DNA of 63,867 nt, counting the filler, from Collodictyon triciliatum (Eukaryota), in the NCBI GenBank assembly GCA_043381765.1. It is 9 parts of 9 records of this genome, joined end to end, with 100 filler letters (N's around TTAATTAATTAA, not from the genome) between each part and the next. Parts side by side here need not be neighbours in the genome. Positions count along the whole stretch, not along the records: positions 41,471 to 49,659 come from JBHJMP010003541.1; positions 49,760 to 57,946 come from JBHJMP010003542.1; 7 more parts are not named here. One strand, written 5' to 3'. The notes under the pieces are model-generated. The model saw only the letters and a program-made list of their open reading frames with translations. It searched no databases and was not told the DNA's origin. Shown in pieces: positions 41,602 to 54,191 of the stretch (position 1 is the stretch's first letter; each line of letters opens with the position of its first letter). The position numbers and the translations under genes were made by a program.

Positions 41602-44600
41602 ATGGATTCGGGCGACCTCTTCCAAAGCCAGCAAAGTCGTGCAGATTCTTCGGCATCAAATGAGTCGGGTGGGAAATCCGTGACCGCCCAGCCATCCAAT
41701 CTTCCAGACTCGTTGCAAGCGGTCAAAAACATGCACTTGCGCAAAGTCGTGCGCGAGGCTCACTCGCTGGAAGTCTCGCATCTGGCTTATTACCGCAGGG
41801 TGGTTCCTGGCGACGAAAATACTAATCTAATGGCAACAGTAGTTGGAAACCAGGTCAGTGAATCAAACTGGATATGCTTCCCTCAGCCTCTGGATATACA
41901 TTCCTCATTCTCTTATTTCCCCCTTCTCTTTATTTTCGCAATTTCCTTCTATAAACTATCAACATGATTTTTGTTTCATTTATGCAACGTTATTTCCTCA
42001 TTAATTTTTCATGTATAACTTTCAATACCGCCGAGTCCCAAACACATAAACCAGATTACCAATACTTTTTTTTTTATTCTATTCTATATCTCTTCTTCTT
42101 AATGGTCACCATCTAATTGTCTTCTCCTTTCTTTTCCTTTCCTTTACATTTCATTATTTTTTTTGTTTCTCGCTTGATTGCAACAAGTGCAGGCATGTAT
42201 CTATGACAATGAGAACTGCGGAGATCACCTCGACATGACATTTGGATACCTGAACATTGGAGAGTTTAAAGGGGTCAGTTTTGCACCCGATTCTACTGCC
42301 TTACTCGCCTATTTCTCTATCCTTTTCAAGAGAAAAAAATATAACATGATGAACGACCGATCACAATCCCCAACACACACATCGTGTAGAAAAAACACCA
42401 ACCTTCGTTTTTTTTTTTGTCTGAATGCTCAGGACTTGTCATGCTGTGCTTGGATCAGAAGAGAATCTGATCCCAATCTGGCCATCGCCGGGTCGGATCC
42501 TGTGGTCCAAATCATCAGCCTCCGGGAAGGAAGGGTGACCGATATCATGGAAAGTAAGTCGGAATCGAGCTTACCTGCATGTCAGATTGCTCAAGGAGAG
42601 CTCGTTATCATCTTGTTTCTTGTGTCTTTAAAGTAGGGAAGCTACACCCTTTAGAAAGAAATAGTCTGAATGAAGACCTTCCTCAAAATCCAGACTCGGC
42701 TTTCTTTCCATTCGCCCTTCCCCCCCCCCCCCCCCCCCTAAACAAAAATAATAATGAACAATTTCCTTAGTCGAAGAGAACGATTTCCGAGTCGTCGCCC
42801 AGCTTTCCTCTACTACACACGATAATGGGTACATAGCCGCACTAGTTCAGACAAAGTCTTGTTCTGTCATTTATGTCTGGGCTAGCTCAAACTTACAGCT
42901 TCTGAACAAGTTTCATTACAGAGGCTGGATCAGTTCAATCGTGAGATTCATACTGTATATTTGTATTGGGATATTACTCCATCACATTCCACCACGATAT
43001 TGTGTATCATTTGCACCACCCAATTTCTGCCAAACGGAGCCAAAACCCTAACCCTGATATCTTGATATTAATCATGTGATGTATACTGATGCTCCTCTAT
43101 TATGTGACATTCCTCCTATACATACTCCAACCCACGGACTAGTGCGTTGATTACACAAGCTCTTGTATATATTCTTCTTCATTCTCTGGTGTAATTGAAA
43201 AGGTTAGGGCGCAAATTGAATCAATTCCCTTCATTTTTTTCCCGCGCAAACGAAAACTCTTGAACAATCCCAAAAAAGTTACCACGATGAACAGACAACG
43301 ACGATCCCAATTAATAATTCCATATTACTTATCAATGTTTCCCTTTTATTACACGCCATACATAATCGGCTACTTTCTTGATAATTTGGTGGTTTCAAAT
43401 CTATATTCAGCCCAGTTTTTTGAGTAACAATTCTTTCATTTCTTTTACTTTTTTTTTCTCCTGTTAACTACTTTATGGATTGCATTAAAAAAATAAAGTG
43501 GTTTATCAACAACGAGAGTTTTAAAAGTTCTCCGAAACGAGCCAAAATGGAAGAAAGTGAAGCCTTCTATCATCATTCCTTACCCATAGGTGAGTATCTC
43601 TAAACTCTATTTAAGCTAAGATAATGCTCTAAATTCATTAATATCCTTATTGAGTAAGTATTCACAGTCGTTTAATCGGTCTTTAAGCCTTTAAATATGA
43701 ATGCCTTCAAGCAATACAAATGACAGCTCATCAAAAACATCATTCAGACTCCATTACCATATCCGGCGATGGGCGTATTTATGCAAAAGTAATAAACACG
43801 ATAAACCAGCTGTTGGTCCTCGATCTTGCCAATAAAAAGGTTTCTAGTTGATTTTCTTAAATAAATTTATACGCTGGTAATTATAATTATACTGAAATAC
43901 ATGAATATACTTATCTAATAAACTAATATGATTTACACCGATTTCTCATAAACAAGAGTGGAGAAAAAAAAGAAACAAAAACCATGAAACCATTTCATTG
44001 AAATATAGTTGCTACAAGCATTGCCGTGTCCTGAAACGGGACCGAAATATGGGATGGATATCAGGTATACTTTGAATATTGTGTATTTTACGCATTTAAT
44101 CATCCCATCTCCCTATGAGCAAAAATTACAAGTCGGAATGTGAAAATGCACATCCGAATTCCTGATGAATACATATCCGAAATGAAAACAACAAATCACC
44201 GACAACCAAGCGTTTCGTTTGGCAGCTGCTCTTTCGCTCTATCTAGATTAACAACAGACTGACATTACTACATGCAGCCCCGACAACCGGCTTCTATGCA
44301 TGGGCACCCCTGCCGGAAAAGTGTATGTCTATGACACGTCCATTGGGAAGCAGGTCCGTTCCCATCATTTCGCCCCTCCTCGTTCACCCCCTTTCCTTCG
44401 GCAGCGTCTGCACAGACACATTTTGGTGGAAGTGATATGCCACCGCACTAACAAAAGAAAACAAAAAGAAAACAAAAAGAAAACAAAAAGAAAACAAAAA
44501 GAAAACAAAAAGAAAACAAAAAGAAAACAAAAAGAAAACAAAAAGAAAACAAAAAGAAAAGAAAACGAAAAGAAAACGAAAAGAAAACGAAAAGAAAACG

Positions 44601-45015
44601 AAAAGAAAACGAAAAGAAAACGAAAAGAAAAAGAAAAGAAAACAGAATGAAAGCAAAAAGAAAACAAAAAGAAAACAAAAGATTCAAACAGAACAAACCA
44701 TATGAGCGGAAGAGCTGGGTGTTACCTTATCTTTTCTTCCGCCAGGTCAAGGTTCTCGAATGCTCCCGCAACGGACGCCGCCTGAAGCACTGCAACATCC
44801 GGTCAGTCATGTTCTCGTCAGACAGCCTGTAAGTCACCACCACCAACAAATGCCAAGCCCGAGTGACAAGTCCGTCTCACAAAAAAAATACAACAAAAAC
44901 ACGAACCATGCAACCCAGGCGCATCGCGCACACAGGATCGGAAGGGATGCTCTTTCGCTGGGATTATGTCGATCCGGAGTATCTGCGCCTTTTTGATGCG
45001 GCACCCAAAAAATAA
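41602..45015 (+). CDS. WD40-repeat protein, LRWD1/EED-like, multi-exon
   Basis: LRKVVREAHS...NLMATVVGNQ|ACIYDNENCGDHLD|LSCCAWI...LAIAGSDPVVQIISL; PDNRLLCMGTPAGKVYVYD; IRSVMFSSD; GMLFRWDYVD...KK*. Confidence 0.7.
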
Positions 45016-45019
45016 AAAC

Positions 45020-45084
<65 letters not shown>

Positions 45085-45112
45085 AAGAAAGAAAGCGCAA
45101 AGTAGCTCATCA

Positions 45113-47628
45113 ATGCCACAGCAGAAGGCAATGTCGCAAACTCAGCGCATGAAGAGCCCTCTGGACTGGTCGCTGGAGGCGTTGTGTGCGCTTCAGGCCC
45201 AAGAGCAAATCATCTACGGTCTGCTATTTTACTTTTAGTTCTCATTCTTATGCGTATGTGTGTGTTTTGTGTGTGTTTTGTCTCTCTGATGTCCCATGCT
45301 CTCCTTCGAAACTGCAGCACTTACCAACCACATCACTTGGGATCTTGGAGAAAGCACGAACCGCAGACTCGATCTCTACCGCATCGTCCATAACGCAGAG
45401 TCTGGTCGTTGGAAGGTCTGTGGCTGTGTTGAAGCTGGGTGGCCTTTGCCGCGTGCATGTTTTCGTTTTGATCTTTCTTCTTTTCCCCCAGCTTTGAATC
45501 GATAAAGTACTAAAACTAGCGAGATGCGTTTGTCTATAGGACTGCCTCCAACTGTTTACCCGCACGATCTCCAAAGGTGCTCAGGATGCGAGCGTCATTC
45601 TAGCTCTTTGCAAACAGGTCGCACTGTAAACAACCTCTGTTTTTTTCTTTCTTTCTTTCTCTTGAACATGACAGCCTCCATCTCTTCGTTTTAAATATAC
45701 CGCCCATTGGTCGAGGGAATCGAATGTAATTCCCCCCTCACAGGATTGGATGTGTTAATGGGGTTCGTAATTTAATTACTTTAAAACAATCATTAGTGCG
45801 TCGATACATCGTTTGTGCAAGAGTCATGTGACAGATTTTTTGTAAAAGACATTGCCTCTCTGCTTCCTTCCAGGGAATTGTCAAAAGTATGCTTCATTAT
45901 GTGATTTGCATTCATCGAACAGTTTCCTTACGCATACATTTGAACAATAGATGCATTTTTTCTTTTCTACTCAATCGCTTGCTAATCTTTTTTTTTTATA
46001 TTCTTTCTAATCACTTGCTTACTCTTATTTTTAACACACACATATATATATATATGAGCTTTAATTTTTTTTTTTGTGTGTGTGGAAGGAACTGGTTGAG
46101 TTTTATGAGTTACTGCGCAAAAATGGGAGCTTGAAGAGTGTGATTACGGCTGCTCAGACTTCCAAGCTCTTAGCTGACATCAAACGAATTGTCCGTGATG
46201 AACAAACCAAGATGGGACAAACAAAACTTGAAAAGGTTCCATTCTTCTCAGCTTGCTTAGTAACCTCCCATTTGCACATTCTTGGGGTACACATCGCCCT
46301 CATTCACCTCAATTTCTGTCCATGGATTTTTTTCAATTTAGATTGCATCTGATGCACTGAGGGGGATATATGTGATTGACGACAAGGATATGATTGCAAG
46401 GAAGACACTCTCTTTCATGGGAGAAGACTGCATGCAAGGGTAAATCCATTCACTCCTACTCTCTTCTCTTCTTTTTTTCTTCTATCTCAATATGATTATT
46501 ACCCCAATGACACTAACACTCGCAAAACAACAGAACAATAGCATCGCCTGCCCGGGAGGGAGATACATTCGGACACGTAATTGACAATCTCGTACGATCG
46601 TACTCACACACATACGCACGCAGAAGCATCCCTTTATGTATATGCTCATCATTCTCCAAGGCTGGATATCTGCCCGTCTTCCTGATGGCCAAAATACCCT
46701 CTTCCCGAACCACTTTTCTCACAAACTACTATCACACAGAATCCACCGAAGCGTGGACGCCTTGGGCACGCCCAGGGAGAAGAAGCGCATGTGTCTACAC
46801 CACACAAATCCCCGGCCCGCGCCTTTGACGGACGCAAAGCGTCACCCAGGACGATGAAGACGGTCCGCGAACTGCGAGAAACATCGACCCGCCTGTAAGA
46901 TTCCATGGGCCGCCTTTGTGCTCCTTCCTCTTACGCAGCCGAGATACTCGACTCGACTCACCGAAGAGCACGCAGGTCCAAGCGCATCGACGACCCGCTC
47001 GAGAGTGTAGTGGAGCAGCTGGCCGGTGTGGCGCCATCTGCAGAGAGCGAGCCCGCCGCAAGCGCACCGCACGCAGCCGAGGCGGAGAGTCCGGCACTGG
47101 AGGACGCGGCCGAGGTTGTCGACACGGCCCAGCAGGGCGGCCCGCCAGACAACGACCGAGTTGAGGAAATCGAAGACCCAGACTCCGGGAGCGGCTCCGC
47201 CCCTCATCGCCCACGACTGCGTCCGCGTATGTCTCCGCACACCCACCCGAGTGTGAGTGCGAGTCTGAGTTTGAGTTTGTGTCTTTTCATGCAGGAATGT
47301 CGTTCGCGCCCGTCGCCCCGCAGCACAGGCCGCTTGTGCCCGTCACATGTAAGACGCAGCTGCGTGACGAAACACCGCGCACTTTCCCTCTGCAATCTGC
47401 CCTTTCCTACTCACTTACTCACTCATCCATCTCGCAGCACCCTCCCGTCTGAACAGCTCCGCTTCTTCGCGTCGCAAGTTCTCGAGCCGCGAGGTGGCCA
47501 ATCTCGTGGAAGGCGTGCGCAACTTCGGCGAGGGACGGTGGGCTCTGATTCTCGAGGCGTACGAGTTCGACAACCGCTCGTCTGTAGACCTCAAGGACAA
47601 GTGGCGCAACATCGTCAAGAAGCTGTGA
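45113..47628 (+). CDS. TRF-like telomere repeat-binding protein with C-terminal telobox Myb domain, multi-exon; start approximate
   Basis: The last exon RRKFSSREVANLVEGVRNFGEGRWALILEAYEFDNRSSVDLKDKWRNIVKKL* contains the telobox VDLKDKWRN. Upstream exons are helical-looking, followed by an acidic/basic linker. Confidence 0.8.
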
Positions 47629-47822
47629 GAACCGATGAGTCCGGCGCCGCGCGCCCTGTAGAAATAAAGACTCTGCTGCACACTCGGGCGTTTGTGTGGT
47701 TGAATGAAAAAGGCTTTAGCGGGCTGCGCAGTCTCGTTAGTGCGTCCAGGGCGACAGAAGGGGAGTCCGGGGATGAATGCAAAGGCAGAAGCAGAAGGGA
47801 GATTGGAGAGAGGCTGGGACGC

Positions 47823-49510
47823 TCAGGAGATAATCTGCAGGATGTCCGAGACGACAATGTCTGTGGCGCCCTTCTCTTTGATGGACGGCACAACCTTGAG
47901 AATCTGGTCCTTGCCGATGGCTGCCTGCACACGTCGAGTTGTGGGGTTAGCGAGTGACCGGCACTTAGTTACATGGGGCAGGCAGACTCATGCCCAAAAG
48001 GCGCGTGTTATTGAGTGGCGGCTTACGCGGACGGCGAATCCTGCATCTCCATGGAGCGTCGAGACGGTTGGCTGACGCATGCAGGGAAGGCCGGTGAGGG
48101 CGCTCTCGAGATTCTCCTTGCTGATGTTGAACTCGAGCATCACGCGCTGTGCATGGCGGAACAAAGTTGGGGGCGAGTTTAGCAAAGGAGCAGATTCGCA
48201 GGAAAAAGAGAAATGGGTAAAGTGACAGATGGGGCCAATAGAAAAGAAAAAAAGAAGAAAAAGGGAACCAACCTTGCGTCCGCTCAGGACTGATTGGATG
48301 AGCAGGCTGAACTTCTCAAAGGACTTCCGCTTGGCTTCATCTGTCCGCAGTGATAACCAGATATATTAGGTGATATTCAAATGTCGTCTCGGTTCTCAAA
48401 CGCATTGTTGGCTCAATGGTGAGTATGCTTACCCTGGAGCGAATCCTTGTTCACAAAGAGGCGGGTCGAGGATTTCATGAGTTCATCGAAGATAACAAGG
48501 TTGTTGGCTGCATCCATAGAGTGCATGAAGAATGGTGCGAACGAATCAGACATTGAGTTAAAGAGACCAAATAATAAAATTATGATGAAAGGTAGGGCGA
48601 TAGCGCAGATAGTTGAGATACGTCTTTGCATCTCGCAATATCCCTGTATAAGTAAGGGGCGAACCTTTGAGCGTGGAGCCTGTGGCAGTGTTGTCCACAA
48701 TAAAGTCGGCATCCTCGGGCGGGAAAACCTAGGACAAGGGTGGCCTTTTAGGGAGACACTCCATATAGCCAACAGGGCGAGTGAAATGACTCCAGGCGAA
48801 GAGAAAGATAAATGGAAAAGCTTGAAAGACGCACAAGAACAGAGAAATAAAAAGAAAAAAAGAAGGCAGGATGGGAACGCTTGCCTCAGTCGCGCCAGTG
48901 GTTTTGATGATGGTTGCCTCGAGGCCCTGGGCAGCGAGCCACTTTTCGGTCAGGTGGACATACTCTGTGGCCACACGCAGCTTTCGCTTGGGCAGCTTTC
49001 CAGCTCCCTCCTCCAGAATGTTTGGGGGCGCAGCGGCGACGATCCGGACGGGGTCGAACTAGACATGTTCACCGCGTTGAGGCGAGTCTTGAGCAGAAGG
49101 ACAGGGAAGGACAGAGACAGCAACACATATAATACAGTTACAAAAAAAGAAGAAAAAAAGAAAATTGAAAAAAAAAGAAAAAAAAAAAGAGAAAGCGCAG
49201 GTCACTGACATTGAGGTCCAGGAGCTCGACCAGATTCTCGGCACCCTTCTCGGCAACCCAGTCGGCACCAGCAAAGCCGATGTCGCGCGAGCCGTTGTTG
49301 ATCATCTCCACCACGTTCTGGGGCTTCAGCAGCTTGACCTGTGCGTGGGAGCAGGTGTGTGGGGTTGTTCGAGGGTCAGTGGGGCGGTTGTTGCTCTCAG
49401 AGTCAGAATGGCGGGCCGAACGGGACGGTACCTCAAAGCCCTCCAGGGGGATGGTTGGACGATACTCGCGGGCTCCAGTCTTGATTTCCATGCCAGCGTC
49501 GGCCAGCAGC
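47823..49510 (-). CDS. hisG: ATP phosphoribosyltransferase (long-form HisG), multi-exon, 5' partial
   Basis: LLADAGMEI...REYRP|KLLKPQNVVEMINNGSRDIGFAGADWVAE|FDPVRIVAA...RVATEY...TTGATE|VFPPEDADFIVDNTATGSTLK|ANNL...SSTRL|RVMLEFN...LPCMRQPTVSTL...|GATDIVV. The C-terminal regulatory domain is present. Confidence 0.93.
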
Positions 49511-49924
49511 TGAGAGAGGGAAAAGAGTGGGATTAGAAAGGGGAGAAAGAAGAGAAGAGAAGAGAAGAGAAGAGAAGAGAAGAGAAGAGAAAGAGAAGAG
49601 AAGAGAAGAGAAAGAGAAGAGAAAGAGAAGAGAAAGAGAAGAGAAAGAGAAGAGAAAGANNNNNNNNNNNNNNNNNNNNNNNNNNNNNNNNNNNNNNNNN
49701 NNNTTAATTAATTAANNNNNNNNNNNNNNNNNNNNNNNNNNNNNNNNNNNNNNNNNNNNATCTCTTTCTATCTCTTTCTATCTCTTTCTATCTCTTTCTA
49801 TCTCTTTCTATCTCTTTCTATCTCTTTCTATCTCTTTCTATCTCTTTCTATCTCTTTCCTTCTTTCCATCTCTTGCTACTTTTCTTTATTTTCGATCGCT
49901 AGACCTGAACGTTGACTATTCTAG

Positions 49925-52900
49925 ATGATTGCAAACCTTTTTGCTGCTTTAGCACTGTTTTGCTGTATGAGACTAGCACTTGGGCAATGCACTGTGCCCA
50001 GCGAACAACCATTTGGCCTTGTGCTCAATCCTGACTTATCGATCGCAATTTGTCTTGGATCCACCATCATTCCACAACCTCCAAGCATGGTGGCCTCTGT
50101 GAATCAATGGCTCCCGGAGTACATTAATCCGGATCCAGCCTTCACTAGTGCAAGCAACAACCCAAATCTCGTCTTTACGTCTAAAAGCACTATTCACATG
50201 ACATTCATCACAGAAGGTGCCGGATATCGCAACACTCTCGGCTACTTTGTGTTTGATGCTAATCAAAACATCATTTCCAAGAATATTGTATTTCCGGATG
50301 CATCAGACTCTCCTCCAACCCTGCATACAGGCCAAACGGTGCAAATAGGACCTTTTGCATCTGGACGTCGGGTTGGTTTCTTCTTAATTGGAAACGGATA
50401 CAGCAATTGGTTTTGGGTTACCGATCTTACTAGTATGACGTTCTACTCTATTTGGACGATGAATCCAGACGGCAAGCAACATATCGCTATGTTCACCGAA
50501 AGTACGACCGGAAAAGTGCTAATCGGTTTTGAAGACTTGTACGACCTTGGAGACGGTGATTACAATGATGCTGTTTTTTTGTTACAGTGGACGGTTCCAT
50601 CGACAACAACGAATTTCCGACAACACAACTAGTCACCACCCCCATGAACACAGAAGTTCGGTTTACCCTCCAACTGACTGCTGGCAATGCTAAGACGATT
50701 AATTTTAACTCTTTGCCTTCTCTAGGAGTTCTATACCAAGTCAACACAGATGGCACAAAAGGATCCGCTATCACCTCGACTTCTTCAATAGTAACAAACC
50801 CGAATTCTTACTTAATATTTGCACCAGCAACCAACACTAATGGGCAGCCGTATACAAGTTTCTCAGTCACCGAGACACTTGTTAACGAACAAGTTATTCA
50901 TGTTATTGTGCGTGTAGACGTCCTGCCTAATGAGATATATGCTCCAACACCATTACCTACTTTTGTTACTACAACCGCAGCCAAGCTAACGCTCATTCAG
51001 TTATCTGGGATAGATAAGAAAAATCTTAACCTGTTTGCTACGATTACTACTTTGCCCAGTCAAGGAGTTCTCTTTCAGTACAATTCTGGTTCGGCTGGAG
51101 ACCAAATTACCATAAAGGATACCCCCATTAGTGATCCTATCAATAGGGTATTTTACCAAAGTAATGACCAGTACATCATATCTCCAGTCACAGACTTTTT
51201 TGATTTTAAAATGACCAACAACCTTATGATTTCTGAAAACGCCCGAGTTGCTATCAGTGTAAATTTGAGACCCAACAGTCCTCCGACATCCCTCAATATC
51301 ACTGTTTTCACTGAGCCAAATTCTTACTGCAATGTTGACATCGCGGTAACAGATTCTGAGAGAGATATTGTGACATTGAGCATTATAACAATCCCAGGTA
51401 ATGGAAAAATATTTTCAACGTATGATGGCACCTCTCGTGGGACCCAGATTACTGTACCAGGCTCCATAATCCCTCCTTTAAATCCGTCATTGTGGAGAAT
51501 CATCGCTGCCCCGAATAAAGATTCTAGCGGAGAAGCCATAATGATATTCCAATTTGGCGTGAAGGATTATATTTCATCCAGTACATACACTGCCACCATC
51601 AACGTAAATTTTGTCAACCACCCACCCGTTTCGTCGCCCGTGTCACTTACAATTGAAGAGAGCAGTTCATCAAACTCGATTGCCGAAGCCTTGTGGAGTG
51701 TCCATGCCAACTGCGACACCGATAACGATATGTCTACTTTGTCATTGACCATTCTTACTGTCCCTGTTTTGGGAAATCTTGTAGATAGTATCAGAACTAT
51801 TATCACTTCATCCTCACTCCCTAGGACCTTTGCATACGGTTCTCAAGTATCATATACTCCTCCTCATATCGGATACGGGACTGGATTTGCAAGTTTCAAT
51901 TTTCATATTATCGACAATAGAAACGGTATTTCTGCTGTTAACACGTTTACCATTAACGTCAACCATGTCAACCATGCACCCACCGTCAATATTTTGTCAT
52001 CATATAGCACATATATGAATACAATTAAATCAATCATCCTCATCGCCGATGACTTGGATGTGGGAGACTCGCTATTCTTTTCAGTTACATCACTTCCAAC
52101 CAAAACCGGATCCTTTCTTACTATGGGAAATGTAACGATTTCAAACAGTGATAAATTCTCACTTCCATCCAGCGGTGTTGTTTTGAACTATACACCAGCT
52201 CCGAATCAGTTCTATACCGATCAAATAACAATTCAAGTTGCGGACAGTCACGGTCAATCCGAAATTAAACAGGTGCCTATAATTTTTAGTTATGTTAACA
52301 TCGCACCAGTGGCCCTCTCTCAAATAGTAACTATCGAATCAAATGATCAAGCTCACATATCCCTCCTTGGTGCTGATGCCAATATACCAGCCGAGCCTTT
52401 GACGTATACCATCCAATCTCTTCCCTCCAATGGCTCCCTCTTTTTTTCTGGAGAGAAAATTCTTAGTGTTCCATTTCATCTGGGACTTTCTTCTCTGGTA
52501 ACTTTTTTCAACAACCTTAACCAGTATGAAGACCTTGATACGTCATTTACGTTCACAGTCAGTGATGGGATGGTAGACTCATTAGAGGCAAAAGTCTCTG
52601 TGAAAGGAATCCGTGCTAATCAAAGACCCATAGTTGAAGCTCCGTCAACAGTCATTATTCATATGAACGAGACAGTGCATATTACCGTTTACGCGCATGA
52701 TGTTGACAAGGAAGACGTTCTCACTTATGAAATCACAACCCTTCCTATGCACTCCTCACAGCCATTTAGGACTATTGACACCACCATCATTGCCAACACA
52801 AAGTATCCTCTGACTTCCAATGATATCACGTTAATATACACCCCAACACCAAACAAGCTGTATGAGGACCACTTTACGGTTCAGATAAGCGATGGAAAAG

Positions 52901-54191
52901 CCTTTGAGGCAAGGAATATCTCAATCACGGTTACCCAAACTCATAAATCTGTCAGTCTATTCAAACTAAAACAAGTATCTAAATCGGAATACATGGGACA
53001 TCAAGTTTCAATCAAGAATGGAACAGCGATTATTTCTGTTCCTTTTTGTGTGAATCCTTCAGTTTCGTGTGACGGCGGTTACCTATTGGTGTACAAACTT
53101 GTCAATGGTTTTTGGAGTTTTTTCAAGAAAATCACAAATCCTTACTACAAAAGAGATATCAAATTCGGCTTCCAGATTCACCTCAATGATGAATATCTTA
53201 TGACCTCTGCACCAGATTCTATCTATGTCGACGGGTCTGCGGGTATAGTTACAATCTATAAGTGGGACTCTGTTGGGAACAAATTCTCAAAGTTTGTGTC
53301 TTTGAGACCCAAGGGATTGACCAGCCGTTTTGGGTTTGGAAAGTGCATATCAAGCTTTAATAATGTCATAGCAGTTGGTTCTCCAAAACATGACACGCAA
53401 AAAGTACCAAAATCTGGGAGAGTATACATTTTCAAGAGAGATACAGTTGGAAACTGGGAGGCCCTCCCCAAATTTATAAACTCACCGCTTCAAATCGAAA
53501 ACGAGTTTTTCGGGTCGTCAGTATCACTCCAAAGTGAATCCTTGTTTGCAGCCTCCAACAACCCTGTCAATCCTGCCCACCGAGCTATCTACATCATTCG
53601 ATTAGTGGGAAAGAGATGGCGCTTGTCTCAGCGAATCGCTGATCAATCAAAGCTTGGCTTTGGGTGGAAAGTCAAGTTTTTCAATCAGATACTGTTTGTA
53701 TCTGCCATCAATGACGGCACCATAGAACCCAACGCTGGCTCAATCACCACGCTCAATGTTAATGAAAATGGTCAGTATGTTGAAACGGCAACCATCCGGC
53801 CGAGTCTAGGCACTGTGGATGAATACTTTGGCTTTAGCTTTGATGTCCATGACGCGACGCTCGTTGTTGGTTCACAGCCGTGCTATAGAAGCTCGAAATG
53901 CAACTTGAAAGGTTCTCTAAAGAAAAAAGTTATCTTTTCAAATTTCAAAAAAATATAATGATGCGTAATTATAATGTAAACCACAAAATAACTCATGTAG
54001 GGTCTGCTTACGAGTTTACCATGCTCGGTGGGGAATGGATACAAACAAACCGTCACACTTTGGGAGTTGCCGATGGCTCAGACGGCTTTGGTTATGACGT
54101 GGCTGTGGAGGCAAACACGCTCATCGTCTCAGCTCCGTTTGACTCTACAAAGGGGCCCCTGAAAGGTGCAGTCTACTTCATCCAAAAGTGA
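49925..54191 (+). CDS. Large secreted protein: signal peptide - DUF4114-like domain - tandem cadherin/Ig-like repeats - FG-GAP-type beta-propeller; one frameshift and one intron
   Basis: Signal peptide MIANLFAALALFCCMRLALG. Motifs TFITEGAGYRNTLGYF and IGFEDL...DGDYNDAVF. About 100-aa repeats start NHPP/NHAP/NIAP/NQRP with DxDxD and FxFxVxD. Blades FGFQI/FGKCI/FGSSV/FGFSF/FGYDV. ORFs 49925-50632 and 50587-53958 join at a T7 run. Intron at about 53911-54000. Confidence 0.8.

Noticed and set aside
43043-43056. CCCTAACCCT telomere-like motif
   Set aside because: Fewer than two units, so expected by chance.
46905-47957. 350-aa plus-strand ORF as a standalone gene
   Set aside because: It is GC-rich read-through across TRF-like exons and introns and the antisense HisG 3' end; the telobox is in another frame.
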